Part shown: positions 27,579-36,874 of the stretch, in pieces | How the letters are laid out: every line of letters begins with the position of its first letter | Position numbering within the stretch: position 1 is the stretch's first letter | Assembly (NCBI GenBank): GCA_900313745.1 | Contig: OMSM01000035.1 | Span: 1 to 42,279 of the forward strand | DNA from: an uncultured Lachnospiraceae bacterium | Lineage (GTDB): Bacteria; Bacillota; Clostridia; Lachnospirales; Lachnospiraceae | Direction: 5' to 3' | DNA: 42,279 nt | Translations under genes and position numbers: made by a program | Notes under the pieces: model-generated | What the model was told of the DNA's origin: nothing | The model's database searches: none | Seen by the model: only the letters and a program-made list of their open reading frames with translations

Positions 27579-28505
27579 ATGGAATTCATCACTCCCCGTG
27601 AAGACCTGATCCTGATGACCCAGGACTGGAAAGGCGAGCGTTACGAGGACGGGCGGCCCAAGGTGCCGGACTCCATCCTGGAGCGCTTCACGAAGATCAA
27701 GACCGAAGAAGCCTGGAACGTGCTCCACAAGCGGGGCTACCGCTACCAGTTCAACGGCGACATGAAGATGGTGCATAACGACGGCCGCTACCTGATCGGC
27801 CGCGCGCTGACCGCCGTCATGGTACCCACCCGCCCCGACGTCCACATGAACATGCTGCGGCACGGCAGAGAGGAGAAGGGCTTCAAAGGGTTCTTCAATC
27901 AGTGGTCCATCGAGTGCCTGCAGGAGAACGACGTGCTGGTCGTGGACATGAACGACAAGGTGGTCTACGGCACCTACGTCGGCGGCAACCTCTCCACCGC
28001 CATCAAGACGAGGACGAAAAACAAGCACGGCGGCGCCGTGATCTGGGGCGGCATCCGCGACCTGCAGCAGATCGTGGACATCCCGGACTTCCAGGTCTAC
28101 TACCGGGGCATTGATCCCACGCCCATCGGCGACGTCATGCTCTCCGGCATCAACCGCCCCTGCGCCATCGGCAAGGCGATCTGCATGCCCGGCGACGTGG
28201 TGCTGGGCACCATGAGCGGCGTGCTCTTCATCCCGGCCCATCTGGCCGAGGACGCCTGCATCGCTGGCGAGAAGGAGCAGTGCCGCGACCTCTTCGGCTT
28301 CGAGCGGATAAGAGAGGGCATCTACACCTCCGCCCAGATCGACACCCGCTGGACCGAACCCATCATGGAGGACTTCCTCTCCTGGTTTGCCGCCTCGCCT
28401 ACCGCGGCCGACTACCAGCACCTCACCTGGGACGAGGAGATCGAGCTGTCGAAGCGCACGGACATCGTGGACTTCGCCGGCCTCATCCAGGCGCCGATCG
28501 GGTAA
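27579..28505 (+). CDS. RraA/HMG-aldolase family protein
   Basis: LIGRALT, DVLVVD, YVGGNL, GAVIWGGIRD and PGDVVLG..SGVLFIP motifs; AAGGAG RBS. Confidence 0.85.
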   Translation: MEFITPREDLILMTQDWKGERYEDGRPKVPDSILERFTKIKTEEAWNVLHKRGYRYQFNGDMKMVHNDGRYLIGRALTAVMVPTRPDVHMNMLRHGREEKGFKGFFNQWSIECLQENDVLVVDMNDKVVYGTYVGGNLSTAIKTRTKNKHGGAVIWGGIRDLQQIVDIPDFQVYYRGIDPTPIGDVMLSGINRPCAIGKAICMPGDVVLGTMSGVLFIPAHLAEDACIAGEKEQCRDLFGFERIREGIYTSAQIDTRWTEPIMEDFLSWFAASPTAADYQHLTWDEEIELSKRTDIVDFAGLIQAPIG

Positions 28506-28619
28506 TGCCCGGGAAACACAACTATACCCGCGAACGAAATCATTTGCCAAATAAACGATTACTCCGCGGTATATGCGGCCAACGTTATCGTTTGCCAGGG
28601 GTATAAACTTATGCCCAAT

Positions 28620-28654
28620 CAAAGAAGCAAAGTCCGATGGACTTTGCTTCTTTG
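28620..28654. terminator. Bidirectional intrinsic terminator
   Basis: Perfect caaagaagcaaagtcc-gat-ggactttgcttctttg hairpin between convergent genes. Confidence 0.8.
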
Positions 28655-28745
28655 CAGTTGATGATCCGGATCTTTCCCATCAAAACTGGCTTTTCCGCAT
28701 TCTGCAGATCAAGACCTCTCCGCATCCATGGGGCAGTTGTCCTGC

Positions 28746-30074
28746 TTAAAGGAATCCGGCCATATAGACCGGCAGACATTGAATATCCTGATCTTTTCGA
28801 CTGTCTTTCGTATAAAGGAGATACCTCCGCAGAATCTGCAATGAGAACTTCTTATAGAAGGCGTCCAGCGACGCGTGTGTTTTGTATCCGGAGGATTTAA
28901 CCTCAATGGGGCAGATCTTGTTCTGCCTGGCGATCAGGAAATCAATCTCGTAATTATGCTTCGACGTCTCGTTGAGAAAAGTGTAGTAGAACAGTTCGTT
29001 TCCCTCCGCCGCAAGCATCTGGGCGATCACGTTTTCATACAGGTAGCCCAGGTTGGCCGGGAGTTTGTCGCTAAGCAGCTTCTCATAGATGATGTTCTCC
29101 GTGAAATCCCGATCCTTAAACATCAGCGTCGTGAATAACCCTGTATCGCATAGAAACAGCTTGAACTTCGCGAGGTCTTTCGCGGCGGACATGCCTGCGC
29201 CCGGATTGTTGGCATGATAGGATACGAGCACGGTTCTGGAATCCCGCATCTGCGCGATCAGTTCAAGGATGTCTTCTGCCCGCGTTTGATCAAGCACCTT
29301 TGACACCTGATACCGGGACGCGTTGTTGTTCAGCTGGGCGGGAATAGAATCGAACAGCAAAGCGAGCCGGCCCGTGGGGTCGATTTTGCCGAAATCTTCC
29401 TCATACAGATTAAGAATGTCCCTTTTAACCGCGTCGACCCTCTTAAAATTGTTCGAGTCCAGATATTCGCTCACTGCCTGCGGCATGCCGCCGACCAGCA
29501 TATACAGCCGGAAATCGCGCATCAGCTTCCGGTTGGTCTGATCGCCCAGAGATTCCCCTGCTTCATAGCATTTCCGGATCAAAGAGTACGTCGTGTTGTC
29601 GCCGACGGCCCACAGGAATTCCTCGTAATCCATGGGGTACATACTGATCCTGCGTTCTTCGCTCGGGATCAGGATATCTTTTACGTTCCTGCGGATGGAG
29701 ATCAGCGATCCGGTCTCAATGTAGTCGTAGCGATGGTCCTTCACCAGGGGTTTGATCGCCTGCCTTGCCTTTGGACACAGCTGCACCTCATCGAAAATGA
29801 TCAGGGACTTTCTCTCCGTCAGATCCACCCGGAACTGGAGCTGCAGCTGAAGGAAGAAATAGTTCAGATCCGACATGTCCTCGAACAGATCTCTCACCGC
29901 TCTGGGCGCTGTCGCGAAATCAATCAGGATATAACTGTCATACTCGTTTCGGCCAAACGCCTCCACTACGGTGGATTTGCCGACACGGCGCGCGCCCTCG
30001 ATGAGAAGGGCGGTCTGTCCGGCAGATTCCTTCTTCCACGACAGCAGCTTTTCGTAGATTTTCCGCTTAAACAT
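28746..30074 (-). CDS. AAA_14 ATPase with DUF4143 and a C-terminal PD-(D/E)xK-like motif
   Basis: GARRVGKS Walker A, IIFDEVQ Walker B, ETGS, VGGMP, KLFLCDTG, YEN and EIDF...PIEVKS motifs. Confidence 0.92.
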   Translation of the reverse strand: MFKRKIYEKLLSWKKESAGQTALLIEGARRVGKSTVVEAFGRNEYDSYILIDFATAPRAVRDLFEDMSDLNYFFLQLQLQFRVDLTERKSLIIFDEVQLCPKARQAIKPLVKDHRYDYIETGSLISIRRNVKDILIPSEERRISMYPMDYEEFLWAVGDNTTYSLIRKCYEAGESLGDQTNRKLMRDFRLYMLVGGMPQAVSEYLDSNNFKRVDAVKRDILNLYEEDFGKIDPTGRLALLFDSIPAQLNNNASRYQVSKVLDQTRAEDILELIAQMRDSRTVLVSYHANNPGAGMSAAKDLAKFKLFLCDTGLFTTLMFKDRDFTENIIYEKLLSDKLPANLGYLYENVIAQMLAAEGNELFYYTFLNETSKHNYEIDFLIARQNKICPIEVKSSGYKTHASLDAFYKKFSLQILRRYLLYTKDSRKDQDIQCLPVYMAGFL

Positions 30075-30100
30075 GGCTGTTTCCGTTTCCGATCAGATGT

Positions 30101-30135
30101 CGCCCGAAGCCGTTCCTGCGGAACGGCTTCGGGCG
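30101..30135. other. Perfect 16-bp stem hairpin in the 5' leader of the AAA gene
   Basis: cgcccgaagccgttcc-tgc-ggaacggcttcgggcg. Confidence 0.8.
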
Positions 30136-30150
30136 GCGCTGTGTGCGTCT

Positions 30151-30282
30151 GATTTGCAGTTCCGCAAAATTTAAATTGGCAAATCACCGCATTTCCGCGT
30201 TTTTTTAAATCGCGAATTCCCACATTTCCGCGTTTTTTATATTCTCATTATCCCGCATTTCCGCAAAATGTCAAACAGCGAG
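30151..30282. repeat. Four-unit direct repeat array with exact 33-bp period (core CATTTCCGC)
   Basis: TTCCGC starts at 30160, 30193, 30226 and 30259. Confidence 0.85.
30247..30274 (-). promoter_or_regulatory. Sigma70-type promoter of the AAA gene (TTGACA-16-GATAAT)
   Basis: TTGACA at 30274-30269 and GATAAT at 30252-30247 on the minus strand. Confidence 0.6.
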
Positions 30283-30347
30283 GCCCTGTGATCGCGCCGG
30301 AAGTGGTGCATTCTGGCGATCTGTTATCCGGATCATGCCAGTGATTT

Positions 30348-31421
30348 TTATATGTCGATGGCATCATACAGGTGCTGGGAGAAGATTGTGTCTTCTTTCT
30401 TCAGTGTCATTATCAGCTCAAGAATATGATCTGAATTGTCCTTCTGTCTGGAAAAGTTAAATTTCAATACATGAATAAGTAAAAGCTCCGCGATCCGTAA
30501 AATAGATCGATTTTCCTGAATAAGCCCATCAGCATTACGGATGATTCGCTTGCCCGAGAAATTAATAAGGCGTTCTCTCATCAGTTTTTTATGCTCCAAG
30601 AGGCAATAAAATCCGCTGATTTCCATCTCTGAGACGGCTTCCCCTGAAACCTCTGATGCACGTTGTGCATGCCCTGATAATCCATCGTATACGTCGAGTC
30701 CGAACAGAAGCTCATCATCTCTCATCCATGAGAGCGGATAGCACCATCTGTCATTGGAGCTCTGGGAGGAAAGATAATCTGCAAGGAGATCCTTGAACAT
30801 CCTGATATTAATCTCATACTGAAGGTCTTTTTTTGCTCTCCTGCAGCCGAAATCATATTCGGTTCTGTAGAACAGGCCGACAACACCGTTCAGCCAGTCG
30901 AATGTTCCAGAGGTATGCGCCCGGATGTAGGCCTTTGCAATATCGCAGAAGGAACAGACAGCTTCTCCATACTTGCCGTATTTTCCCTCCAGATGGTCGT
31001 AAATGTAGAAAACGGAAGATGCTGAATTGTATCCTGTGATCAGGATCTCGTGCACATAGTGATTTTTGTCATGAGAATTAGTCTGATACGGCAAATAGAA
31101 TCGGTCTGCAAGGAGATATGGATAAATCTCATTCTCAATCTGCTTTTGCAGAAGAGAAATGATCGCCGATTCTGTGTTTTCGATACAATCCCGCTTTATA
31201 TGACAGAAATCAATCCACGGAAAACTGAGATAAGAGATCGGCGCACAGTAATCCACCCAGTTAGGCAATTGCGGTGATTTATTCGTCATCAGCTGTTCCA
31301 GGTAACTGTATATCCAAGGCAGGCATTGATCGGTATGCGCTCCAACAATGCCCACCACGGCAGCATAATTAGGGTAAGAATCAACGATTGGATGCTTAAA
31401 AGGGAGTTTTATTTCGGGCAT
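30348..31421 (-). CDS. Hypothetical protein, BtrH N-terminal/C39-like fold suspected
   Basis: DRFYLPY...HYVHEILITGYN...FYIYD resembles BtrH_N-type proteins; GAGGTG RBS; AT-richer codon use. Confidence 0.5.
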   Translation of the reverse strand: MPEIKLPFKHPIVDSYPNYAAVVGIVGAHTDQCLPWIYSYLEQLMTNKSPQLPNWVDYCAPISYLSFPWIDFCHIKRDCIENTESAIISLLQKQIENEIYPYLLADRFYLPYQTNSHDKNHYVHEILITGYNSASSVFYIYDHLEGKYGKYGEAVCSFCDIAKAYIRAHTSGTFDWLNGVVGLFYRTEYDFGCRRAKKDLQYEINIRMFKDLLADYLSSQSSNDRWCYPLSWMRDDELLFGLDVYDGLSGHAQRASEVSGEAVSEMEISGFYCLLEHKKLMRERLINFSGKRIIRNADGLIQENRSILRIAELLLIHVLKFNFSRQKDNSDHILELIMTLKKEDTIFSQHLYDAIDI

Positions 31422-31427
31422 ACACGG

Positions 31428-33169
31428 TCACCTCTTCCCCTCGGTCCAGCTTCTCTGTCCGTCGATCATCTCTCTGTAAACAGCATTTCCGGCATAAAGC
31501 GCATCATGTGATCCCAGATCCGAAATGCTCCCATTATCCATGATGAGAACGAGATCTGACTGTACGGCAAAACCAAGGCGGTGAGATACGAAGATCACTG
31601 TCCTGTCTTCTGCTCTTCTCAGTATTTCCTGGTACAGATCAATCTCGGACAGCGGATCCAGATAAGCCGTCGGTTCATCCAGCACCCATACAGTTGTATC
31701 CCTCGCCGCAAATAACCGGGCGACAGACAGTTTCTGCCACTGCCCCATCGACAGGTCAGTACCATCGTCCAGCTGGCCAAGCATTGTATCCATTCCGTGA
31801 GGCATCCTGCGCACAGCATCACCCAACCCAACGCAGTCCAGCAACGACCAGATTTCACCATCCGTCATGGGGCATTCCCTGTTGCCGATCTGAATATTCT
31901 CCCGGACGGTAAAGCAGAAGTGAGCCGCGTTTTGAAACACGCAGGCACAGGAATTGTCCGGAAGGGTGACGGTTCCTTCTGTCGGACTGTAGGAACCATT
32001 GATCAGATTGGTAAGCGTGGTTTTGCCACTGCCATTTTCGCCGATCACAACAAGCTTAGTTTGTGCAGGAATATTCAATGAAATATCATGAAGAGCGTTT
32101 CTGTCAGCATCCGGGTATCGGTAAGTGACATCCGCAAACTGAATCTCTCCACTGACTGCGCGTTTCTCGTTCAGCTTCCTTCCCGCCTCGGACGCCTGAA
32201 TATCCCAGAACGAGTTAAGAAAAGGTGCTTCTGATATATTCTTTTCAGTCGATAAATGAATATTCTCAAGCAGTCCAATCAGATTGTTAAACAGAGATGA
32301 GACAAGCATCAGATAAGCGACCGTCTGCCTGCCTGCCATAATTTCGCACGCAGTAAGACCGATTATGATGAAGTACGGAATGTTGGACAGAAGCCGTATC
32401 AGCTGCATCTTAATTTCATACGTTCCTGCAATGCGAATATAGGTGTGCTGTTCCGAATCAAATTCATTTCCCCATTTGCGCTTAATGAAGTCAAATGATT
32501 GATTCGCATGCAGTTCCTGGTGTGTGTTCTTAGTTGTAAACAGCCCGGCATAGTATATCCTCCGCAGACGGTATGGCTCCAATTCCGTCCATAAAGTTTG
32601 CAGTGAGGCAAGGCGCTTTCCAGCTGTGGCAACAATGAATAATTGGGAAATAACGCATAGAATCACGACATAGCTGTTCAGTTGGAACAGATAGTACCCA
32701 TAGATAATAAGCAGCGGCAGCGTCGTAATGTATGTCAGAATCGCGGCGGAATATAATTGAGAAGAGTCTCCCGCCCCTTATCTCTTGCGTTCAGGACCAT
32801 GCGATTATTCTCGTAGTGTTCATAGTATTCCGCCGTCTTTTCTGAGGCACTCTGTATCAGCCCGGTATCATAAGCGCAGCCAAGCCGCAGGCGGAACTTC
32901 TCTTTCACATAGGCGGTCATCTGTCCCCATCCTGCGAACAGCAGTCCAATGCACAACCACAACAACAGCACCGGGTAAACGTCTGACATCCCTGCCTTTC
33001 CGAGAAACAGATCCTCCGCGCATTGCGTGGTTCTCTGCAGAAAGTAAAGATCGAAATATGAGCGGACCGTCAGAATAACGCTGAACAGCACCAACACCCG
33101 GAAGATCCCCTTCTGACTTATCCGGATAAAGTGAAGACTTCTCTTCAGTCCATGAATATACTGCTTCAT
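31428..33169 (-). pseudogene. ABC exporter (TMD plus NBD), frameshifted near 32750
   Basis: ORFs 32735-33169 and 31428-32666 join with one added base (LNYI|SAAILTYITTLPLL...); GENGSGKT, LSMGQWQK and VLDEPT motifs. Confidence 0.8.
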
Positions 33170-34946
33170 TATGATGCACTCCTCACTCCTGCGTAGAGTT
33201 CTCTCTGCGCCATGAACATCTGATGATATATGCCATCTCGGTGGATCAGTTCTTCATGTGTCCCGGTCTCTGCGATTCTCCCCTTATCCATCACCAATAT
33301 CCGGTCTGCCGTTCGGGCATACCCTATCCGGTGAGATATAATAATGGTCGTTTTTCCGCTGCTTAGGGAATTAAACTCTTCCAGTATTCTCAGTTCCTCC
33401 AGTGGATCAAGAGAAGCAGTCGGCTCATCGAGGATTAAGATGGGCTTGTCGGAGACCCATGCTCTCGCGATTGCAAGCCGCTGCCACTGTCCGCCGGACA
33501 GATCAGTTCCGTTCGCGTTGTACTGTTTGCCAAGTGCAGTATGATACTGGTTCGGCAACGCGGCAATGATCCCGGCAATGTGCGCTTTCTCGGCGGCGTT
33601 CCTGATTTCGGCATCTGTGGAGCCGATGTTCCCGATTTGGATGTTCTCTCCCGCTGTCATCTCATATCTGCCGTAATCCTGAAAGACAATGCCAAAGCAT
33701 GCCCGGATATCGCTCTCTTCCATCGCTGCAATATTCCGGTCATCAATCAATACTTCCCCTGAAGAAGGCGCAAAGAGTCCGCTGAGGACCCGTGACAGCG
33801 TCGTTTTCCCGCTTCCGTTCGCCCCAAGAATACAGACTCTCTCCCCCGGCGAATCGTAAGTGATACATCATTCAGCGCATCGGATGCGGAGCCGGGATAG
33901 CGGAAGCTGACATGGCTTACAGCAATCGTTTCCGGTTCGACATGTTTCTCTTTTTTATCACTGTCTGTCCTCGCTGAGGCGCCGGAACCGGAATCTACGT
34001 ATTGGTCGTACAGCCTGGCATAAATCGACTTTTCCTTGAGCTCATTATTAATGACATGAGATGCCTGATAGATAAATGCCATCAGCATCCACATGATTCC
34101 GCTGGAATAAATATATTCGCCGAGGCTGAGACTACCGGCCGTAATTTCGCGAAAAAGCAGTGCCGTGATAAGAACCATCAACACAGCTCGAAACCCTTCG
34201 CTGATGAAATTCAGTCGATTGCTCTTCTTTTCAAATCCGGTTCTGGCTAAGATAAAGGTGGCGGCGCTCTCTTCCCACTTATCCCGAATAAAGGAAACAA
34301 TATCCAGCACGCGAATCTCTCTGGCGGTTTCTCTGCCGGTGAGAAGACCGAGATAATAATCGGTCTTCCGTTTCACCCGTTCATGGCTCTTGTCCAGATG
34401 TTCCCTCCCTGTCGCAATCTTCTGTTCGATAAAGGTTGATACGGCAATCCAGGATAGAATGAAGAGTGCTGCGAGCGGGCTGATATACAGGAGAGAACCA
34501 ACCGAGAGCAGGATGACAACGATGATGCCGAATAAATTGGTAAACACACTGACAGCCACCCCCGCAATATCATCAAGATGATCCGACAGGTGTTTCAGAT
34601 TGTCGTAGAAATCCGGTTCGTAGAATCTCTCTTCTGAAGTGTTTGACATCGTATCAAAGAACCGAAGCGCGATGCGTTTCTTATACTTCGCAAGATAAAT
34701 GGTTGATAGCAGATTGTTAAAGTTAAATGTGTTTCCCCCAATACAAATACAAACAATCAGAAGGACAAAATCCCAGCATGCGGCACGAAAGAGATGGCTG
34801 CTTAAGAGGTTCTCACACAGTCTTGCGAGGAAATAACTCGTTCCGAGCTGACACACCGAGAACAGAACAATAAACAGCGCGTTGAGAATGACCCAGCCGG
34901 GCGACAGTTTCAGGACATTGATACAGCTCTTTATAATTGTTCGCAT
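33169..34946 (-). pseudogene. ABC exporter (TMD plus NBD), frameshifted at the G5 run 33843-33847
   Basis: Adding one G restores IRRGERVCILGANGSGKTT (Walker A) in frame with LSGGQWQR / ILDEPT; GGGAG RBS before ATG 34946; TAATG overlap with the next gene. Confidence 0.85.
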
Positions 34947-34991
34947 TGTACACTCCCGTACTTTCACAAAGTAACCCACTTACTGCCGGGT

Positions 34992-35174
34992 CTACGCCGT
35001 GGTGAGATACGTAATACATGCATCCATAAGGCCATCTGCGTTATAGTCCTGTACAGCGACATACCCTCCATACCAGGACATGATGGTCTCCGAGAATCTG
35101 GCCAGTTCCTCTGTGCCATTCAGGTTTTCTGTTGTAATTTTGCAATAACCCGGAAGGAGACGGCGTGCTAGCAT
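34992..35174 (-). pseudogene. Short ORF, probably the 3' remnant of a truncated gene at the AT-rich segment boundary
   Basis: Protein-like 3' half (EELARFSETIMSWYGGYVAVQDY...) ends just before the ABC gene; no RBS at the 5' end. Confidence 0.3.
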
Positions 35175-35277
35175 AATAGATGAAAACCGCAGGCCGACGG
35201 AGTTTTGCAGCGCTGTTATCCTGGATTACGGGGAAAAAACGAAGACGGAATCGGAAAGTGAGGAAGGGAGAAAGAGC

Positions 35278-36126
35278 ATGGGACTGGTGAGATTTAACTA
35301 CAGGAGCGAGGAGATGGGACGGTACGTGGATATTTCCATCGCGCTGCCCACCGATTTCTACAGCTATAAGGAGATTGATCCCGGGCGCTTCGGCGGAAGC
35401 GCGAAGGGGAAGTACGAGCCGGGGATGAAATTCCAGACGGTCTATCTCATCCACGGCGGCGGGGACGACGACTCGCTGACCTACCGCTACACCAATGCGG
35501 AGCGTTTTGCCCAGAGGAACAACGTGATTCTGGTCACGCCGGACATCTCCAATTCCTTCGGCGTGGACACGGAGTACAGCGTCCGGTACCAGAGCTTCAT
35601 CGCCCTGGAGCTGCCGAAGGTGGTGCAGACCTTCTTCGCCTCCTCGGAGAAACCTGAGGATAATTTCATCGCGGGCTACGCCATGGGCGGAAACGTCGCC
35701 CTGGGCACCGCAATCCTGCACCCGGAGCAGTACCGGATGTGCGTCGATTTCTCCGGCGGCATCGGGATGACGCTCTCCACGGAGACGCTTAAGTCGGAGC
35801 TTGGCAGCGAGCATTTCGTGAAGAATTTCAACCTCTACAACACCACCTTCGGGGATCCGGACAAGCTCGAGGGCTCCCGGTTTGACCTGTACTCCGCCGC
35901 GAAGAGGAACCTGGAGGAGGGGAAGAAGCTGCCCGACTTCATTATCTGCTGCGGAGACAAGGAATTCATCCGCGAGAGAGTGGAGAGGGACGCCGCGATC
36001 ATGAAGGACTTGGGCTACCCGGTGAAGTATGTCCTGGCGGAGGGGTACGACCACAATTTCGACATGTGGGAGCATTATCTCCAGGTCATGCTGGACGAGT
36101 GGCTGCCGCTTAAGCGCTTCAGCTGA
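35278..36126 (+). CDS. Alpha/beta-hydrolase, putative esterase family (XynC/tributyrin esterase-like), with Ala at the nucleophile position
   Basis: VYLIHGGGDD, LVTPD, FIAGYAMGG and GYDHNF motifs; GGGAG RBS. Confidence 0.85.
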   Translation: MGLVRFNYRSEEMGRYVDISIALPTDFYSYKEIDPGRFGGSAKGKYEPGMKFQTVYLIHGGGDDDSLTYRYTNAERFAQRNNVILVTPDISNSFGVDTEYSVRYQSFIALELPKVVQTFFASSEKPEDNFIAGYAMGGNVALGTAILHPEQYRMCVDFSGGIGMTLSTETLKSELGSEHFVKNFNLYNTTFGDPDKLEGSRFDLYSAAKRNLEEGKKLPDFIICCGDKEFIRERVERDAAIMKDLGYPVKYVLAEGYDHNFDMWEHYLQVMLDEWLPLKRFS

Positions 36127-36184
36127 AAAGGCGTTCCCCGGGGGATCCGGGGGAGGAAACCGCGAATGCCCGCGGGGAGCGGGA

Positions 36185-36835
36185 TCACAGCGTCACGGAC
36201 ATCAGGATGTCGTCGCTGTAGCTGCCGTCGTCATATTTGTTCGCCATGCGGATTCTTCCGGTCTCGGAGAATCCGCATTTCTCGTAGAGAGCCTTCCCGC
36301 GCTCGTTGCCCTCGACGTACTCCAGCTCCATACGCTCGTAGCCGATGCGCCGGGCCAGCTCCTGCTGATACCGGATGAGCGCCGTGCCGATGCCGAGCCC
36401 CCAGAACTCCTTCTTCAGGGCGATGGCGAGGGCGCAGCGGTGGCGGACGCGCCTGGCGCCGCCCACCGGGACGATGGAGCTGTTGCCGGCAAGAACCGGG
36501 ACACCGTCGGCACCGCCGCTGACCGCATCAGCGGCGGCGCTGTCAGCGCTGCTGCCGTCATCCGGCCGCGAAGCCTCCGCTCCGTTTTCTCCGGCCCCCG
36601 GCATGACGATCGCGACGGCCATGGCCGCGGACGGGTTGTCGAGATAGCCCTGAAGGAGCTCCCGCTCCTTCTCCGCGGTGAGGTTCCACTCGTCAGGGTA
36701 TCTCAACAGGAAGCGGGTCTCGGCGGCCGTCTGCTTAAGATAGCGGATCAGCTCCTCCGCGTCGCAAGGCATAGCCGGTCTTATGAGAAGAACGCGGCCG
36801 TCCTTCAGAGTCACTCTCTTTTCTTCAAAACGCAT
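36185..36835 (-). CDS. GNAT family N-acetyltransferase
   Basis: FWGLGIGTAL acetyl-CoA motif; GNERGKALYEKCGF; GGAG RBS. Confidence 0.9.
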   Translation of the reverse strand: MRFEEKRVTLKDGRVLLIRPAMPCDAEELIRYLKQTAAETRFLLRYPDEWNLTAEKERELLQGYLDNPSAAMAVAIVMPGAGENGAEASRPDDGSSADSAAADAVSGGADGVPVLAGNSSIVPVGGARRVRHRCALAIALKKEFWGLGIGTALIRYQQELARRIGYERMELEYVEGNERGKALYEKCGFSETGRIRMANKYDDGSYSDDILMSVTL

Positions 36836-36874
36836 AATAATAACTCCATATATATATGCTGGAATAACCAGGGA

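Noticed and set aside
27300-28622. 440-aa minus-strand ORF
   Set aside because: Antisense to the RraA-family gene, which has the RBS and motifs
30151-30282. Possible mini-CRISPR array
   Set aside because: Conserved core is only ~10-17 bp, the total period of 33 bp is too short for repeat plus spacer, the spacers resemble each other, and there are no cas genes
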